Of a stretch of 64,000 nt of DNA, positions 55,430-64,000 are shown piece by piece; within the stretch, counting starts at the first letter, position 1; every line of letters starts with the position of its first letter. This stretch comes from an uncultured virus (IMG/VR IMGVR_UViG_3300018080_007205). Taxonomy: Duplodnaviria > Heunggongvirae > Uroviricota > Caudoviricetes. The translations under genes and the position numbers were made by a program. The DNA is taken from the IMG/VR virus record IMGVR_UViG_3300018080_007205. One strand, given 5' to 3'. The notes under the pieces are model-generated. The model worked only from the letters and a program-made list of their open reading frames with translations. It was not told the DNA's origin and did not search any database.

Positions 55430-56189
55430 TTTCTAATCTCTTTCCGATTTTGATTTTTTCGCGCACCAGCGCGTCCGCCATCCACTGCCTATTCATTAAT
55501 GAACGCATCTCCCCTATCACCGGCACGAGTGTGCCAGCCGCCATGCCCACCGCAAACCTCCATGCCTTGTGCTTCTTCGGATCGCACTCGCATGCGTCCA
55601 GGATTTCCAGAAGATGCCTGGCAAGCTCCTCCGGTCTTTCTCCGAATGTCACCGAGCCCTTTTCGTGGAACTCGTCCAGCGCCGATACGATCCTGTTCTC
55701 GGACACCGGCGCAAACCCCCACTGGTCCACGCCGACATTCAGGTTCTTTCCGTTCGTGAGCCATTTCTCATGCACATGACCGCACAGGACGAAATCGTGC
55801 TTTTTGAACTCATTATCCAGGTCCAGCCCCTTGTACTGGCGCGGATTGCCCACCCCGACCGGGATGTGCGTCAGAATACATTTCCATTTGCCAACCTTTA
55901 TGCTGATCCAGTCGTGGACCTCAGCATAAAGGTAGTCGAACTTCCTGTGGTCGTGGTTCCCGCGCACGAGGATAATCCTGCCGTTCAGGTGATGAACATG
56001 CCTGTTCGGGCGGAACGATGTGTCGCCCAGATTGTACACCGTATCTTCCGGCGCAACCCTGCTGTTCCACAGCCTGGTCATGTCCTTGTTCATCTCATGC
56101 GTGCTGGCATACGGCCGGTCGCAGTAGTCTGGGCGTATGATATTCTTATGACCGAAATGCGGGTCAGCTATGAACCATTTCCTAGACAT
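55338..56189 (-). CDS. calcineurin-like metallophosphoesterase
   Basis: DPHFGH, LGD, GNHD, THIP, GHVH, NVGVD. Confidence 0.92.
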   Translation of the reverse strand: MSRKWFIADPHFGHKNIIRPDYCDRPYASTHEMNKDMTRLWNSRVAPEDTVYNLGDTSFRPNRHVHHLNGRIILVRGNHDHRKFDYLYAEVHDWISIKVGKWKCILTHIPVGVGNPRQYKGLDLDNEFKKHDFVLCGHVHEKWLTNGKNLNVGVDQWGFAPVSENRIVSALDEFHEKGSVTFGERPEELARHLLEILDACECDPKKHKAWRFAVGMAAGTLVPVIGEMRSLMNRQWMADALVREKIKIGKRLENGKRKVRQETEQAQEQGGKEEEKESERHPL

Positions 56190-56246
56190 GCGACCTCAAA
56201 GAATTCTGTATTAATTGAAAGTGGCGCTCCGCCTCATTTCTGTGGC

Positions 56247-56708
56247 TCATGAGTAGTCCTCCGATTTCGTCGGCCAGAAATATGGGAGGTCGTCCGCTTC
56301 CATCCATCCAAACTCTGAATAGTGTTCTGGTTTTTTCCTGAGCAGATTCGATCTGTGACTGGCATGTAACCGTTCATCGCCCAGCCATGGTGGCATTTCG
56401 GGATCATCTGCCAAGTCTGGTCTATAGGTCTCATGCCGGTACCCGCGCTTTTCCCACTCCGCTATGATGGCTGCCAAATACACCTTAAGCGCCCCCTCAT
56501 ATCCCTTCCACATGAGAACAGCAGGATGGCGGCTATAGCCGCCGGTTCCTTTGGCAAGGATAGTCAGTATAGCCTTGCACTCGCCTCTCTGATTTCCAAG
56601 CCTCCTGCGATCAAGCACCGCTGCCGACCTGGCAAAATCCTTGTACGGAAGAAATGTTTGCAAAGTTATCCATGCCCCTAAGTTTTTTGATGCTTCTCCA
56701 GATAGCAC
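56247..56708 (-). CDS. pyrimidine-dimer DNA glycosylase superfamily protein (start probably at LQTFLP)
   Basis: QTFLPY, LDRRRLG.QR.E, HPAVLMWKG, HASHRSNLLRK. Confidence 0.85.
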   Translation of the reverse strand: MLSGEASKNLGAWITLQTFLPYKDFARSAAVLDRRRLGNQRGECKAILTILAKGTGGYSRHPAVLMWKGYEGALKVYLAAIIAEWEKRGYRHETYRPDLADDPEMPPWLGDERLHASHRSNLLRKKPEHYSEFGWMEADDLPYFWPTKSEDYS

Positions 56709-56740
56709 AACATCCTACTTATTGAACTCGTGTTGAGCCA

Positions 56741-59104
56741 TCAGCTTGGGGAACTACGGTCGTCCACCAAACATGTCTGTGTCTCGCAAGCCTGGGTGGC
56801 GTGCGCACTGAGAAGCATGATGTCCAACGCAGCTTTCACATCATCCACCTTGTGAATCGTGATGTTCCTGAGTGCCTCCTCAGGAATGTCCTTGAGATCG
56901 TGCTCATTGTCACGCGGAATGACGACTTCCGCGATTCCCGCGCGATGGGCTGCCAGGATTTTTTCTCTAACCCCGCCTATGGGCATGACCCTTCCGCGCA
57001 GGCTGATTTCCCCGGTAGCCGCAACATCGTTTCTGACCGGCTCTCCGGACAGCAGTGACACTATAGAGGCGGCTATCGCAACCCCTGCGCTTGGACCGTC
57101 TTTGGGAGTTGCCCCGGACGGCACATGTACATGAATGTCCAGCTTGTCCATTTCCTCAGCGCTAATAGACAGCGCCTTACAATTGGACCTGATCCACGAT
57201 TTCACAATCGATGCCGACTCTTCCATGACTTTGCCGAGATTCCCCGTGAGCTTGATTCTTCCTTTTCCACCATCCTTGGACACGGACTCTATGAACAAAA
57301 TCGTGCCCCCCGAAGGGGTCCAGGCTAGACCAGTGCTCAAACCAACAGCGGGGGCGTCAGCCTTCTTCTCAGAGAAAATACGGGGGGCACCGAGAAGTTC
57401 ACCAACCATACCTTCTGATACTGTTGAAGGGATGTTTTTACCAGCCGCCACCTTGACAGCCAATTTGCGCATGACATTTCCGCATTCGCGTTCAAGAGAT
57501 CTTACGCCAGCCTCACTAGTGTACTCTTCCACAATCTTTCCGATCGCCCTGTCGGAAATAGTGACCTCCTCGTTTACCAAACCGTTTTCAGACTTTTGTT
57601 TAGGAACGAGATAGTGTTTGGCTATCTTTATCTTGTCGAATGGAGAATAGCCAACAACCTGTACAATGTCCAGCCTATCGCGCAACGCAGGGTGGAGTTT
57701 TGTAATGTCGTTTGCTGTAATAATAAACATAACACTCGACAGATCAAACCCAACCGCAAGATAGTTGTCCATAAAGGCAAAGTTTTGCTCAGGATCAAGT
57801 ACCTCAAGCATTGCGGCTGATGGATCACCCCCGTGACCGCGCCCCATTTTATCCATCTCGTCAATCATGAACACCGGATTTTTTACTCCAGTTTGCTTGA
57901 TAAGCTGTATTACCCTACCAGGAAGCGCTCCAATATATGTGCGCCTGTGTCCGCGAACTTCTGCCTCGTCGGAGATCCCGCCCACCGACATGCGTATAAA
58001 CCTGCGGTTCATGGCACGCGCAATGCTTTTGCCTAAGGATGTTTTTCCCACGCCAGGAGGTCCGGAAAAACACAATATGGATCCTTTTTTGCTGGCGCAC
58101 AGCTTGCGCACTGCAAGGAACTCCAAAATGCGATCTTTGGGCTTGTCCAGACCGTAATGGTCCTCATTCAGGACATTTCGCGCTTCGTCGATATCGATCC
58201 TGTCTTCAGTCTCCTTTTTCCACGGCAACGAAACCAGCGTGTCCAAGTAATTTATGGATACTGCGAAATCCGCCATGTGCGGCGGCATGAGCTTCATGCG
58301 ATGTAACTCCGCTTCCGCCACGCGCCCTGCTTCGTCAGTCATGTCGGCTGCCGCTATGGCACGGCGCAGTCGTTCTATTTCGCGCTCCTTAGGATCAGTC
58401 GGAAGAGGGGTTTTGCCGCCAGACCCTGCCAACGACTGTGACCCGGATGCCTCCTTCTCTATGAGCCGCTCGCCCTCCTCTTCCGCAGCTTTCTTCAGGG
58501 CGACATGTAGCATCTCTATGCGCTTTTCCGGGTCGGCTTCGTCAAGCAGCTCGATGCTGCTTTTCATGTCAATCGGAGAGTAGTACGCAATCCGGTCTAC
58601 AAACAGGGAAAGCTGCTTGGAATTTTTCGGCTGCCTCATCGGTTTAAACGACGATGTGTTCTCCAAGTTGATTGCCATTCCCTGCAAAGACATCGCCAGA
58701 GCACTCAGATGCTCCGATATGTCGCCGCCTTTCGGCTCAACCATGTGTTCGCACTCGCCCATAAGGTACGAATTATCTTTTGACAACAGGCTTTTCCGTA
58801 TATTAACGCGGCTTTCCCCGGACACTATGACCTTTATCCGTTCCGCCCCATTGACGGACGGCAAAGGTTCTGTCTTGAGAATGACGCCCTCCACGGCAGC
58901 CGTCCATACCACGGCTTTGGAAGGGTCGGACTCCTCCCTGTCCTGCTGTGTCGCGAACACAGCCCTCCCCTTGTAATCTTGTAGAGCCGCCTTAACGGCG
59001 GCCACCGACATTTTTCTGCCGATCTCATACTTTGCCGAAACACCTGGAAAAAGGGCTGACCGCGAACTTCGCAGCGATATCATGGGCAGGGAAACAAGCT
59101 CCAT
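56741..59104 (-). CDS. lon: Lon protease
   Basis: DHYGL, GPPGVGKTS, GHRRTYIGA, DEMDK, TPKDGPSAG, catalytic Lys in GGVREK. Confidence 0.97.
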   Translation of the reverse strand: MELVSLPMISLRSSRSALFPGVSAKYEIGRKMSVAAVKAALQDYKGRAVFATQQDREESDPSKAVVWTAAVEGVILKTEPLPSVNGAERIKVIVSGESRVNIRKSLLSKDNSYLMGECEHMVEPKGGDISEHLSALAMSLQGMAINLENTSSFKPMRQPKNSKQLSLFVDRIAYYSPIDMKSSIELLDEADPEKRIEMLHVALKKAAEEEGERLIEKEASGSQSLAGSGGKTPLPTDPKEREIERLRRAIAAADMTDEAGRVAEAELHRMKLMPPHMADFAVSINYLDTLVSLPWKKETEDRIDIDEARNVLNEDHYGLDKPKDRILEFLAVRKLCASKKGSILCFSGPPGVGKTSLGKSIARAMNRRFIRMSVGGISDEAEVRGHRRTYIGALPGRVIQLIKQTGVKNPVFMIDEMDKMGRGHGGDPSAAMLEVLDPEQNFAFMDNYLAVGFDLSSVMFIITANDITKLHPALRDRLDIVQVVGYSPFDKIKIAKHYLVPKQKSENGLVNEEVTISDRAIGKIVEEYTSEAGVRSLERECGNVMRKLAVKVAAGKNIPSTVSEGMVGELLGAPRIFSEKKADAPAVGLSTGLAWTPSGGTILFIESVSKDGGKGRIKLTGNLGKVMEESASIVKSWIRSNCKALSISAEEMDKLDIHVHVPSGATPKDGPSAGVAIAASIVSLLSGEPVRNDVAATGEISLRGRVMPIGGVREKILAAHRAGIAEVVIPRDNEHDLKDIPEEALRNITIHKVDDVKAALDIMLLSAHATQACETQTCLVDDRSSPS

Positions 59105-59120
59105 CTCAAACACTCCTTTT

Positions 59121-60488
59121 CTATAAAACGCGGTCTCTGCTGGACCGCTTCTTTGCGTCGGCGCGCAATTTGGACCGCGTTTTTGCCTTGATGTCCGACA
59201 TTTCAGCCACACGGCGCATCTGTTTGATCTGAGACGGCAGCGGATCAAATCCTATCACGGATACGCGTTTGACTATTTCCTTCAAATAGGCACCTGTCAT
59301 TCCATCAGTAAGGGTTGACAGGTCTTCCATCTGGTCTTTGGTTAATTCAACATCCAGATGTTTAGCATAGGCTTCTAGGATTTTTTTACGCAGCCTCTTG
59401 TTCGGAGCCTTGAACTCAACAATTTCGTCGAACCTACCCGGTCTTCTGAGCGCCTTTGGAACATCCTCGACATCGTTAACCGTAGCTATGATCAGGCGGT
59501 TCCTGTTGTTTCTGACGCGTCTATTCAACTGCTCGATTTCGTTTAGCATATCTTCGGGACGCCACACCCTGTCCATATCGTCGAATAGGACAACCGCCGG
59601 ATCAACCATTTCGATGATGTTCTCTAGCGCATTGAACTTCAGTTGATCCAGGCTTTTTGGGCTGACAACCAAGAGCTTCCCCTCCATGCGACCGGCTATT
59701 CTGGCGGCTAGCGTTGTTTTCCCAGAACCTGGCGGACCGAAGAACAGCAACGACCTGTTGATGTTGAGCATATAGAACTTGTTGATATTTTGTACAAGCT
59801 CGCTTTCGTCAATGTGACTGACATACACCTCACTGCCGAGGTCCAGGTCCGTCAGGTATGGAGAGTTATCCCAGTTCTTCACCATGGTTTCGATGGATAT
59901 CACGGATCCCATGTGTTCCTCTACGAGCTGGGAAAATGCATTGACAAAGCGCTTCTTGTTCAAGACCCACGGTCCGCGCACGCGTTCGTAATCTTCATCG
60001 TTCTTCTGTAGGCAGAAATATACCTTTTCTCCGTGAATTTCGTACTCTTCGATTTTTTCCGGATCTTCCCCGTCCTTATGCTCCTCCTCCTCCCACAATT
60101 TCCTACATGGTATGTCAAGGTTCTTGAATGTCAGGTGCGTAAATCCGCTCATGGACGGGAATACAAGCGATGCGCCAAGCTCCTTCATCTTGTCCTGGCT
60201 GGACTCACCCTCGCCTTCGAAGATGTCGGCAACTATGCCGTAGGTCGAAAGTGCCCCCAGACCGATCGATATGGGATCCTTCCGCTTTACAGCCCAATAC
60301 ACATACAGTGCTTCCCTAGCCGCTGCGGCTATCTTGCTGATGGTCTTGTGGACTTTGCGCTGCTTTGACTTGGATGTTGCGCGTCTGATAAAGGGAGACT
60401 TCTCAACAACCTGTTCGACCCCTTCCAACTCTTTCCTTCCGGCTATGTACGACACAAGACTGAAGTCAGTCATCACGCCTCCGTTCAT
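59121..60488 (-). CDS. AAA+ ATPase (paralogue of 39049..40455)
   Basis: GPPGSGKT, VLFDDMDR, ATVND, RRPGRFD. Confidence 0.9.
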   Translation of the reverse strand: MNGGVMTDFSLVSYIAGRKELEGVEQVVEKSPFIRRATSKSKQRKVHKTISKIAAAAREALYVYWAVKRKDPISIGLGALSTYGIVADIFEGEGESSQDKMKELGASLVFPSMSGFTHLTFKNLDIPCRKLWEEEEHKDGEDPEKIEEYEIHGEKVYFCLQKNDEDYERVRGPWVLNKKRFVNAFSQLVEEHMGSVISIETMVKNWDNSPYLTDLDLGSEVYVSHIDESELVQNINKFYMLNINRSLLFFGPPGSGKTTLAARIAGRMEGKLLVVSPKSLDQLKFNALENIIEMVDPAVVLFDDMDRVWRPEDMLNEIEQLNRRVRNNRNRLIIATVNDVEDVPKALRRPGRFDEIVEFKAPNKRLRKKILEAYAKHLDVELTKDQMEDLSTLTDGMTGAYLKEIVKRVSVIGFDPLPSQIKQMRRVAEMSDIKAKTRSKLRADAKKRSSRDRVL

Positions 60489-61722
60489 CTCTCACAAGTT
60501 TCCGCACGAGCGCTTTGAGGCGGTCCCACTTGCTGTCGTATATGAGGAACATCATCGTCTTGATAACCGAATGCTGGCGCACGGCAATGGCTGCGAAGCC
60601 TTTGCGATGCTCCTTGGTCCCTGGAAGAGGCGGATCCTTCTTGCGCGCAACTGCCGCAAACATAACGTCCGCCGACGCCTCGCCGGCCTTTTTGCCAGCC
60701 TCGCACATCCATGCCCTGGCATCTTCGACAGCGGCTGTGTACCTGGCATACAGCTCTTTGGCCGACTCGATGATTTCCCAGTCATAGTCACATTTTTTCA
60801 AGTACTCAGCCAGATCATCCTCGGAACCGATGTTCGACATCTCCGCAAACTCTGTAATCGTGGAGTACTTCATGTTGGACTTCAGCCTGTGGTGCGCCAA
60901 GTACCAGGCGCTCTTAACCTTAACTAGGATCGTGTTTCCGCGCTCGTCGAAGCATCTTGTAACCACACCCTCCGTCTTCCAGTCGCGCACCTCCGACATC
61001 AGCTCCGCCGGGTTCCTGGGAAGTTCCTCGCGCCTAACCAGGTTGAGACCGCCGGACTTGGCTGCCATCTCCAAATAACTCCAGTCAGCAAGCTTAGGGG
61101 TCGGGTGCTTCATTTCGTAGCTGTCCGGAATCATGTTCTTAGGGTATGTCAGGACTGCGCCGACGAGCACCAGGTCCGGCTCGCCGTACCTCACCACTAT
61201 CGTATTGTCGGGAGCGACATACTCGAAAAGGAGCGAGTCCATGCGCCAGCATGTCGGATCCAGCAGTTTAGGGTACTTCTTCTCCGCCACGGCGCGGAAG
61301 CGCTCTGAGAACGTCGGTCCCCTGTCATCCATGGATGACTCTCCGAACAGAGTTCCGCGAGTGCGCATGACAACCTTGCCATCGATCACCGACCGTATAC
61401 AGAGAGTTCCGTCCTCTTTGTGCGTGAACAGGACGCGCCCTTCAGAGAGTGCTCTGTTCAGGATCTCCGTGTCCTCTTGAAATTCCCCATAATTGCCGAA
61501 CTTGGGAAACGAGCAGGACACCACGATTCCCTTGTGGTTCACCATCACGGACCTGAGCCAGCGCTCCTCCGGCACCCAGTCCCACTTGTTCTTTTTCGGA
61601 CAAACCAGCGTCAGCAGGCTGTCGTCATCCTTGACTATCTTGAATTCGCTCGTGCTGATCTTATTCAGATCAAGCCTGAGGTCGTCGTCAGTCCTGTGCC
61701 ACATATTTACTTGCCTCCCCAT
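60466..61722 (-). CDS. T4 Rnl1-like RNA ligase
   Basis: SFPKFGNYGE, KEDGT, LLFEY, EGVV, KVKSAWY. Confidence 0.88.
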   Translation of the reverse strand: MGRQVNMWHRTDDDLRLDLNKISTSEFKIVKDDDSLLTLVCPKKNKWDWVPEERWLRSVMVNHKGIVVSCSFPKFGNYGEFQEDTEILNRALSEGRVLFTHKEDGTLCIRSVIDGKVVMRTRGTLFGESSMDDRGPTFSERFRAVAEKKYPKLLDPTCWRMDSLLFEYVAPDNTIVVRYGEPDLVLVGAVLTYPKNMIPDSYEMKHPTPKLADWSYLEMAAKSGGLNLVRREELPRNPAELMSEVRDWKTEGVVTRCFDERGNTILVKVKSAWYLAHHRLKSNMKYSTITEFAEMSNIGSEDDLAEYLKKCDYDWEIIESAKELYARYTAAVEDARAWMCEAGKKAGEASADVMFAAVARKKDPPLPGTKEHRKGFAAIAVRQHSVIKTMMFLIYDSKWDRLKALVRKLVRDERRRDD

Positions 61723-61915
61723 TCGGTACAGCCGAAAGCTTACGGGACAGCCTCCTCCTTGTATCCCTCAAGGAACTCTCGGACTTCCGCAGGCTTTCGC
61801 GCGTGTGCTTGTGCTCCTTGCGCTCCCTGACGAGTTCCTCTGCCAGCATGGTTTCGTCTGAAAATCTGGACATCGCAATCACCAGGTCTTTATGTGTCCA
61901 TGATATTCCAGCCAC
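61688..61915 (-). CDS. coiled-coil hypothetical protein
   Basis: GAGG RBS, coupled. Confidence 0.5.
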   Translation of the reverse strand: MAGISWTHKDLVIAMSRFSDETMLAEELVRERKEHKHTRESLRKSESSLRDTRRRLSRKLSAVPNGEASKYVAQD

Positions 61916-62172
61916 CTAAATACCACCTCGGCCGCTATTTGGCATTCCTCATGGCTGCCCAAGCACAAGGCGGGGACTTTCTGCTCCAGGTGGTATGCTA
62001 GGTCCGCTGCTAGCTCCTGCGGCTCTACCTTGTGTACCAGCGCCCTACAATCCGGACACTCGCCCCACGGCATTATCTCCCCCGCCAACACGCGCTCAAG
62101 GATCCCCTTTTCCCTCAGCTCCACGAGATCGACTTCCCGCAAAAGCTTCTTACAGTTCTGGCATTCAAACAT
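61879..62172 (-). CDS. hypothetical Zn-binding protein
   Basis: CQNC...ERV.AGEIMP.GECPDC. Confidence 0.7.
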   Translation of the reverse strand: MFECQNCKKLLREVDLVELREKGILERVLAGEIMPWGECPDCRALVHKVEPQELAADLAYHLEQKVPALCLGSHEECQIAAEVVFRWLEYHGHIKTW

Positions 62173-62191
62173 CTTGTTCTCCTAGACTTGG

Positions 62192-62392
62192 TCAGAGGGC
62201 CTTTTTTACCAGGATATAAAGCATTATGACTGGCCAAAAGGGGGATAAAAGCGTCATTCTTGCCGCCGTTCTCTGGGGGTCCACTTTAGCTTGACCTGTT
62301 TCAAGGTCTGCTGACAACCAGAAATATAAAACAAATTGGACGAGCCCAAGCACATATATCAAACCAGCAATAGATAGAACCACCATATCCAT
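62192..62392 (-). CDS. small membrane protein
   Basis: Two hydrophobic segments, FWP. Confidence 0.65.
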   Translation of the reverse strand: MDMVVLSIAGLIYVLGLVQFVLYFWLSADLETGQAKVDPQRTAARMTLLSPFWPVIMLYILVKKAL

Positions 62393-62985
62393 CAGTTATT
62401 CTCTATTGCCTGGACCAGACCCTTCATTCCCTCGTCCATCTGACCTTCGGGCAGATCGTACACATACACATCCCACTCAAAAAGCATGGTGCGAATAATG
62501 AACTCGATCATATCCCAGTCGCCGCCCCCAATTCCGCACCCGATCCTCGGCATGTGAATCGTAGTATCCTCAAGCTCGTCAGGAACCAACATGTCCACTT
62601 TGTGGCTCTCATAGTTCCTGATCCATTGCGCAAGGTTGTGTAGACAGATGTGAACCGAGTCATATGACACGGGCACAGGGTTGTCAGGCGTCTTGTACCC
62701 TGCTTGTGCGATCATGTTGACGACCGCCACCCTCGGGGCAACGGGCACCACCTGGATCCTGCCATGGTGCTCATGAAGCATCTCTCTCTTCGCCCACAGG
62801 CGGTAACGCTCCTCTGGCTGCTTCCACTTCTTGCTTAGCGCAAGGACATATCCTGATCCCCATCCCCCCACATCGTTACAAATATGGGGAAGTAGCCGCA
62901 AGCCATAACCAACCACTGGCTCAGTGGCGTCGCCCCTGAGGTATGTGATGTTGCTTGTTCTGCTCATGACACCCAAGCCCCTCAC
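62392..62985 (-). CDS. macrodomain (ADP-ribose processing) protein
   Basis: GDAT, HICND.GGWGSG, NMIAQ, MPRIGCGIGGGDW. Confidence 0.9.
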   Translation of the reverse strand: MRGLGVMSRTSNITYLRGDATEPVVGYGLRLLPHICNDVGGWGSGYVLALSKKWKQPEERYRLWAKREMLHEHHGRIQVVPVAPRVAVVNMIAQAGYKTPDNPVPVSYDSVHICLHNLAQWIRNYESHKVDMLVPDELEDTTIHMPRIGCGIGGGDWDMIEFIIRTMLFEWDVYVYDLPEGQMDEGMKGLVQAIENN

Positions 62986-63401
62986 ATATCTACTTCCAGC
63001 GCCCGGCCGTACGACTTGCCGCTGTCAGCAGCGGCGATATAGGCGCTGTTTGTGACCGAGAACTGCTGCTTCCAGTGCCACCTGTCCATGACGAACTGGG
63101 AGAACTCGCCTGCGGTCAGCTTAACCTCATCCTCCACGCTCATCTCCAGCATGCGGATCGCCTGGTCGTATTCTGGAGTCTGGTTCATTGGGAACACGAG
63201 ACCATGGCCTCTCGGAACGCGCTCGCCCTTCCTGGCACGATCCAGCTGATCCTCCAGCTCTTCGATCACCTTCTGCTTGAAAACCCCCAGCGCATCCTCG
63301 AACACCTCCAGGTGGTTCTTGCGGTTCTCTCTCAGGACTTTCAGGAGTTCTTCCTTCTTGACTTTCACAGACTCCATTCGCCTTCTCCTATTTCGCCACA
63401 T
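62982..63401 (-). CDS. conserved hypothetical phage-type protein
   Basis: V.K.ELL..L.ENR..H...YDQAIRMLEMS...EF.QFV.D.W.W. Confidence 0.7.
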   Translation of the reverse strand: MWRNRRRRMESVKVKKEELLKVLRENRKNHLEVFEDALGVFKQKVIEELEDQLDRARKGERVPRGHGLVFPMNQTPEYDQAIRMLEMSVEDEVKLTAGEFSQFVMDRWHWKQQFSVTNSAYIAAADSGKSYGRALEVDM

Positions 63402-63936
63402 CCGCCAGGTTCCTAGGAAACCTGCGGCGCGTTATCATTTTGAACAGTTTGTTGTTCTTCTCGGTCCACGCTCTCTTGTACGCCTTGGTGAGCCACAGGA
63501 TCTTCAGGTGGTACTTCCCGTTCCCGCCATACCAGTTGTAGTGGCGCATCCAGTGAAAATTTTTGCTGCGGTGGGTGTGCGACGACAGGCACGAGTCTCT
63601 GATCACCTTCATCAGCTTCGTGCCGTGGTTGACATTACATTCCAGTTTCAGCAGGTCGCACTTGCGAAGACCGAACCGCTTTTGCGCCATCCTGGACGGG
63701 GAATGGATCTGCATCAGCCCATAGTCACCGGTCGCCCCCCGAAGCCACGGCGTCATGTTGGACTCGTGCTTTGCGACCGCCAGCACCATAACGGGGTCCA
63801 AGGATCTCATGGCTGCATATTTGCAGATGACCTTAGACATCCTGTACAGTCGTGCAAGCCTGTTAATCCTGTGCTCGAACGGTGTGGAGCACAGCGCCAT
63901 GCCGGTTATCATTGCCGCGCACGCCGAGGCGCCCAT
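63388..63936 (-). CDS. SLT-like lytic transglycosylase domain protein
   Basis: LAVAKHES (catalytic Glu), DYGLMQI, HYN. Confidence 0.8.
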   Translation of the reverse strand: MGASACAAMITGMALCSTPFEHRINRLARLYRMSKVICKYAAMRSLDPVMVLAVAKHESNMTPWLRGATGDYGLMQIHSPSRMAQKRFGLRKCDLLKLECNVNHGTKLMKVIRDSCLSSHTHRSKNFHWMRHYNWYGGNGKYHLKILWLTKAYKRAWTEKNNKLFKMITRRRFPRNLADVAK

Positions 63937-64000
63937 CTACTTACACAGCCTTTCCACCTCCGACACCATCTGTAGCAGCGCCAGGTGGTAGGATATCAGG

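Overview
This looks like a 64-kb internal segment of a large (jumbo-type) GC-rich bacteriophage genome. Almost every credible gene is on the minus strand and densely packed, often with ATGA-type overlaps, and many are short unknown ORFs. No rRNA, CRISPR array or complete virion module is present. Recognisable cargo falls into five groups. Translation: tRNA cluster, TyrRS, IF-3, peptide deformylase, bS21. Proteostasis: GroEL, Hsp20, ClpP-like, Lon, two AAA+ paralogues, serpin, M50 protease. Nucleotide/NAD metabolism: IMPDH-like, CysC, PncA, PncB, and a dUTPase split by a TnpB-only IS. ADP-ribose enzymes: WGR-PARP and a macrodomain. Nucleic-acid enzymes: intein-containing DinG, DNA ligase, Rnl1-type RNA ligase, PNK-like kinase, two C5 methyltransferases, Vsr. 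There is also a PRTRC-type ubiquitin-like operon and a MYXO-CTERM/OmpA surface protein that suggests a Myxococcota or deltaproteobacterial host (inference). The most unusual signal is in the tRNA cluster (1.3-4.8 kb). Seven tRNA-shaped genes share one non-tRNA RNA module of about 55-75 nt (CAGCY..ACUCG-hairpin-CA..RGC-CUACAAGCA), grafted at three different positions: in the variable arm, in place of the anticodon arm, or circularly permuted around the acceptor stem. The same cluster has a tRNA with a tRNA-like element inside its anticodon loop and a non-canonical tRNA-Tyr. All calls are by eye from motifs; no searches were run.
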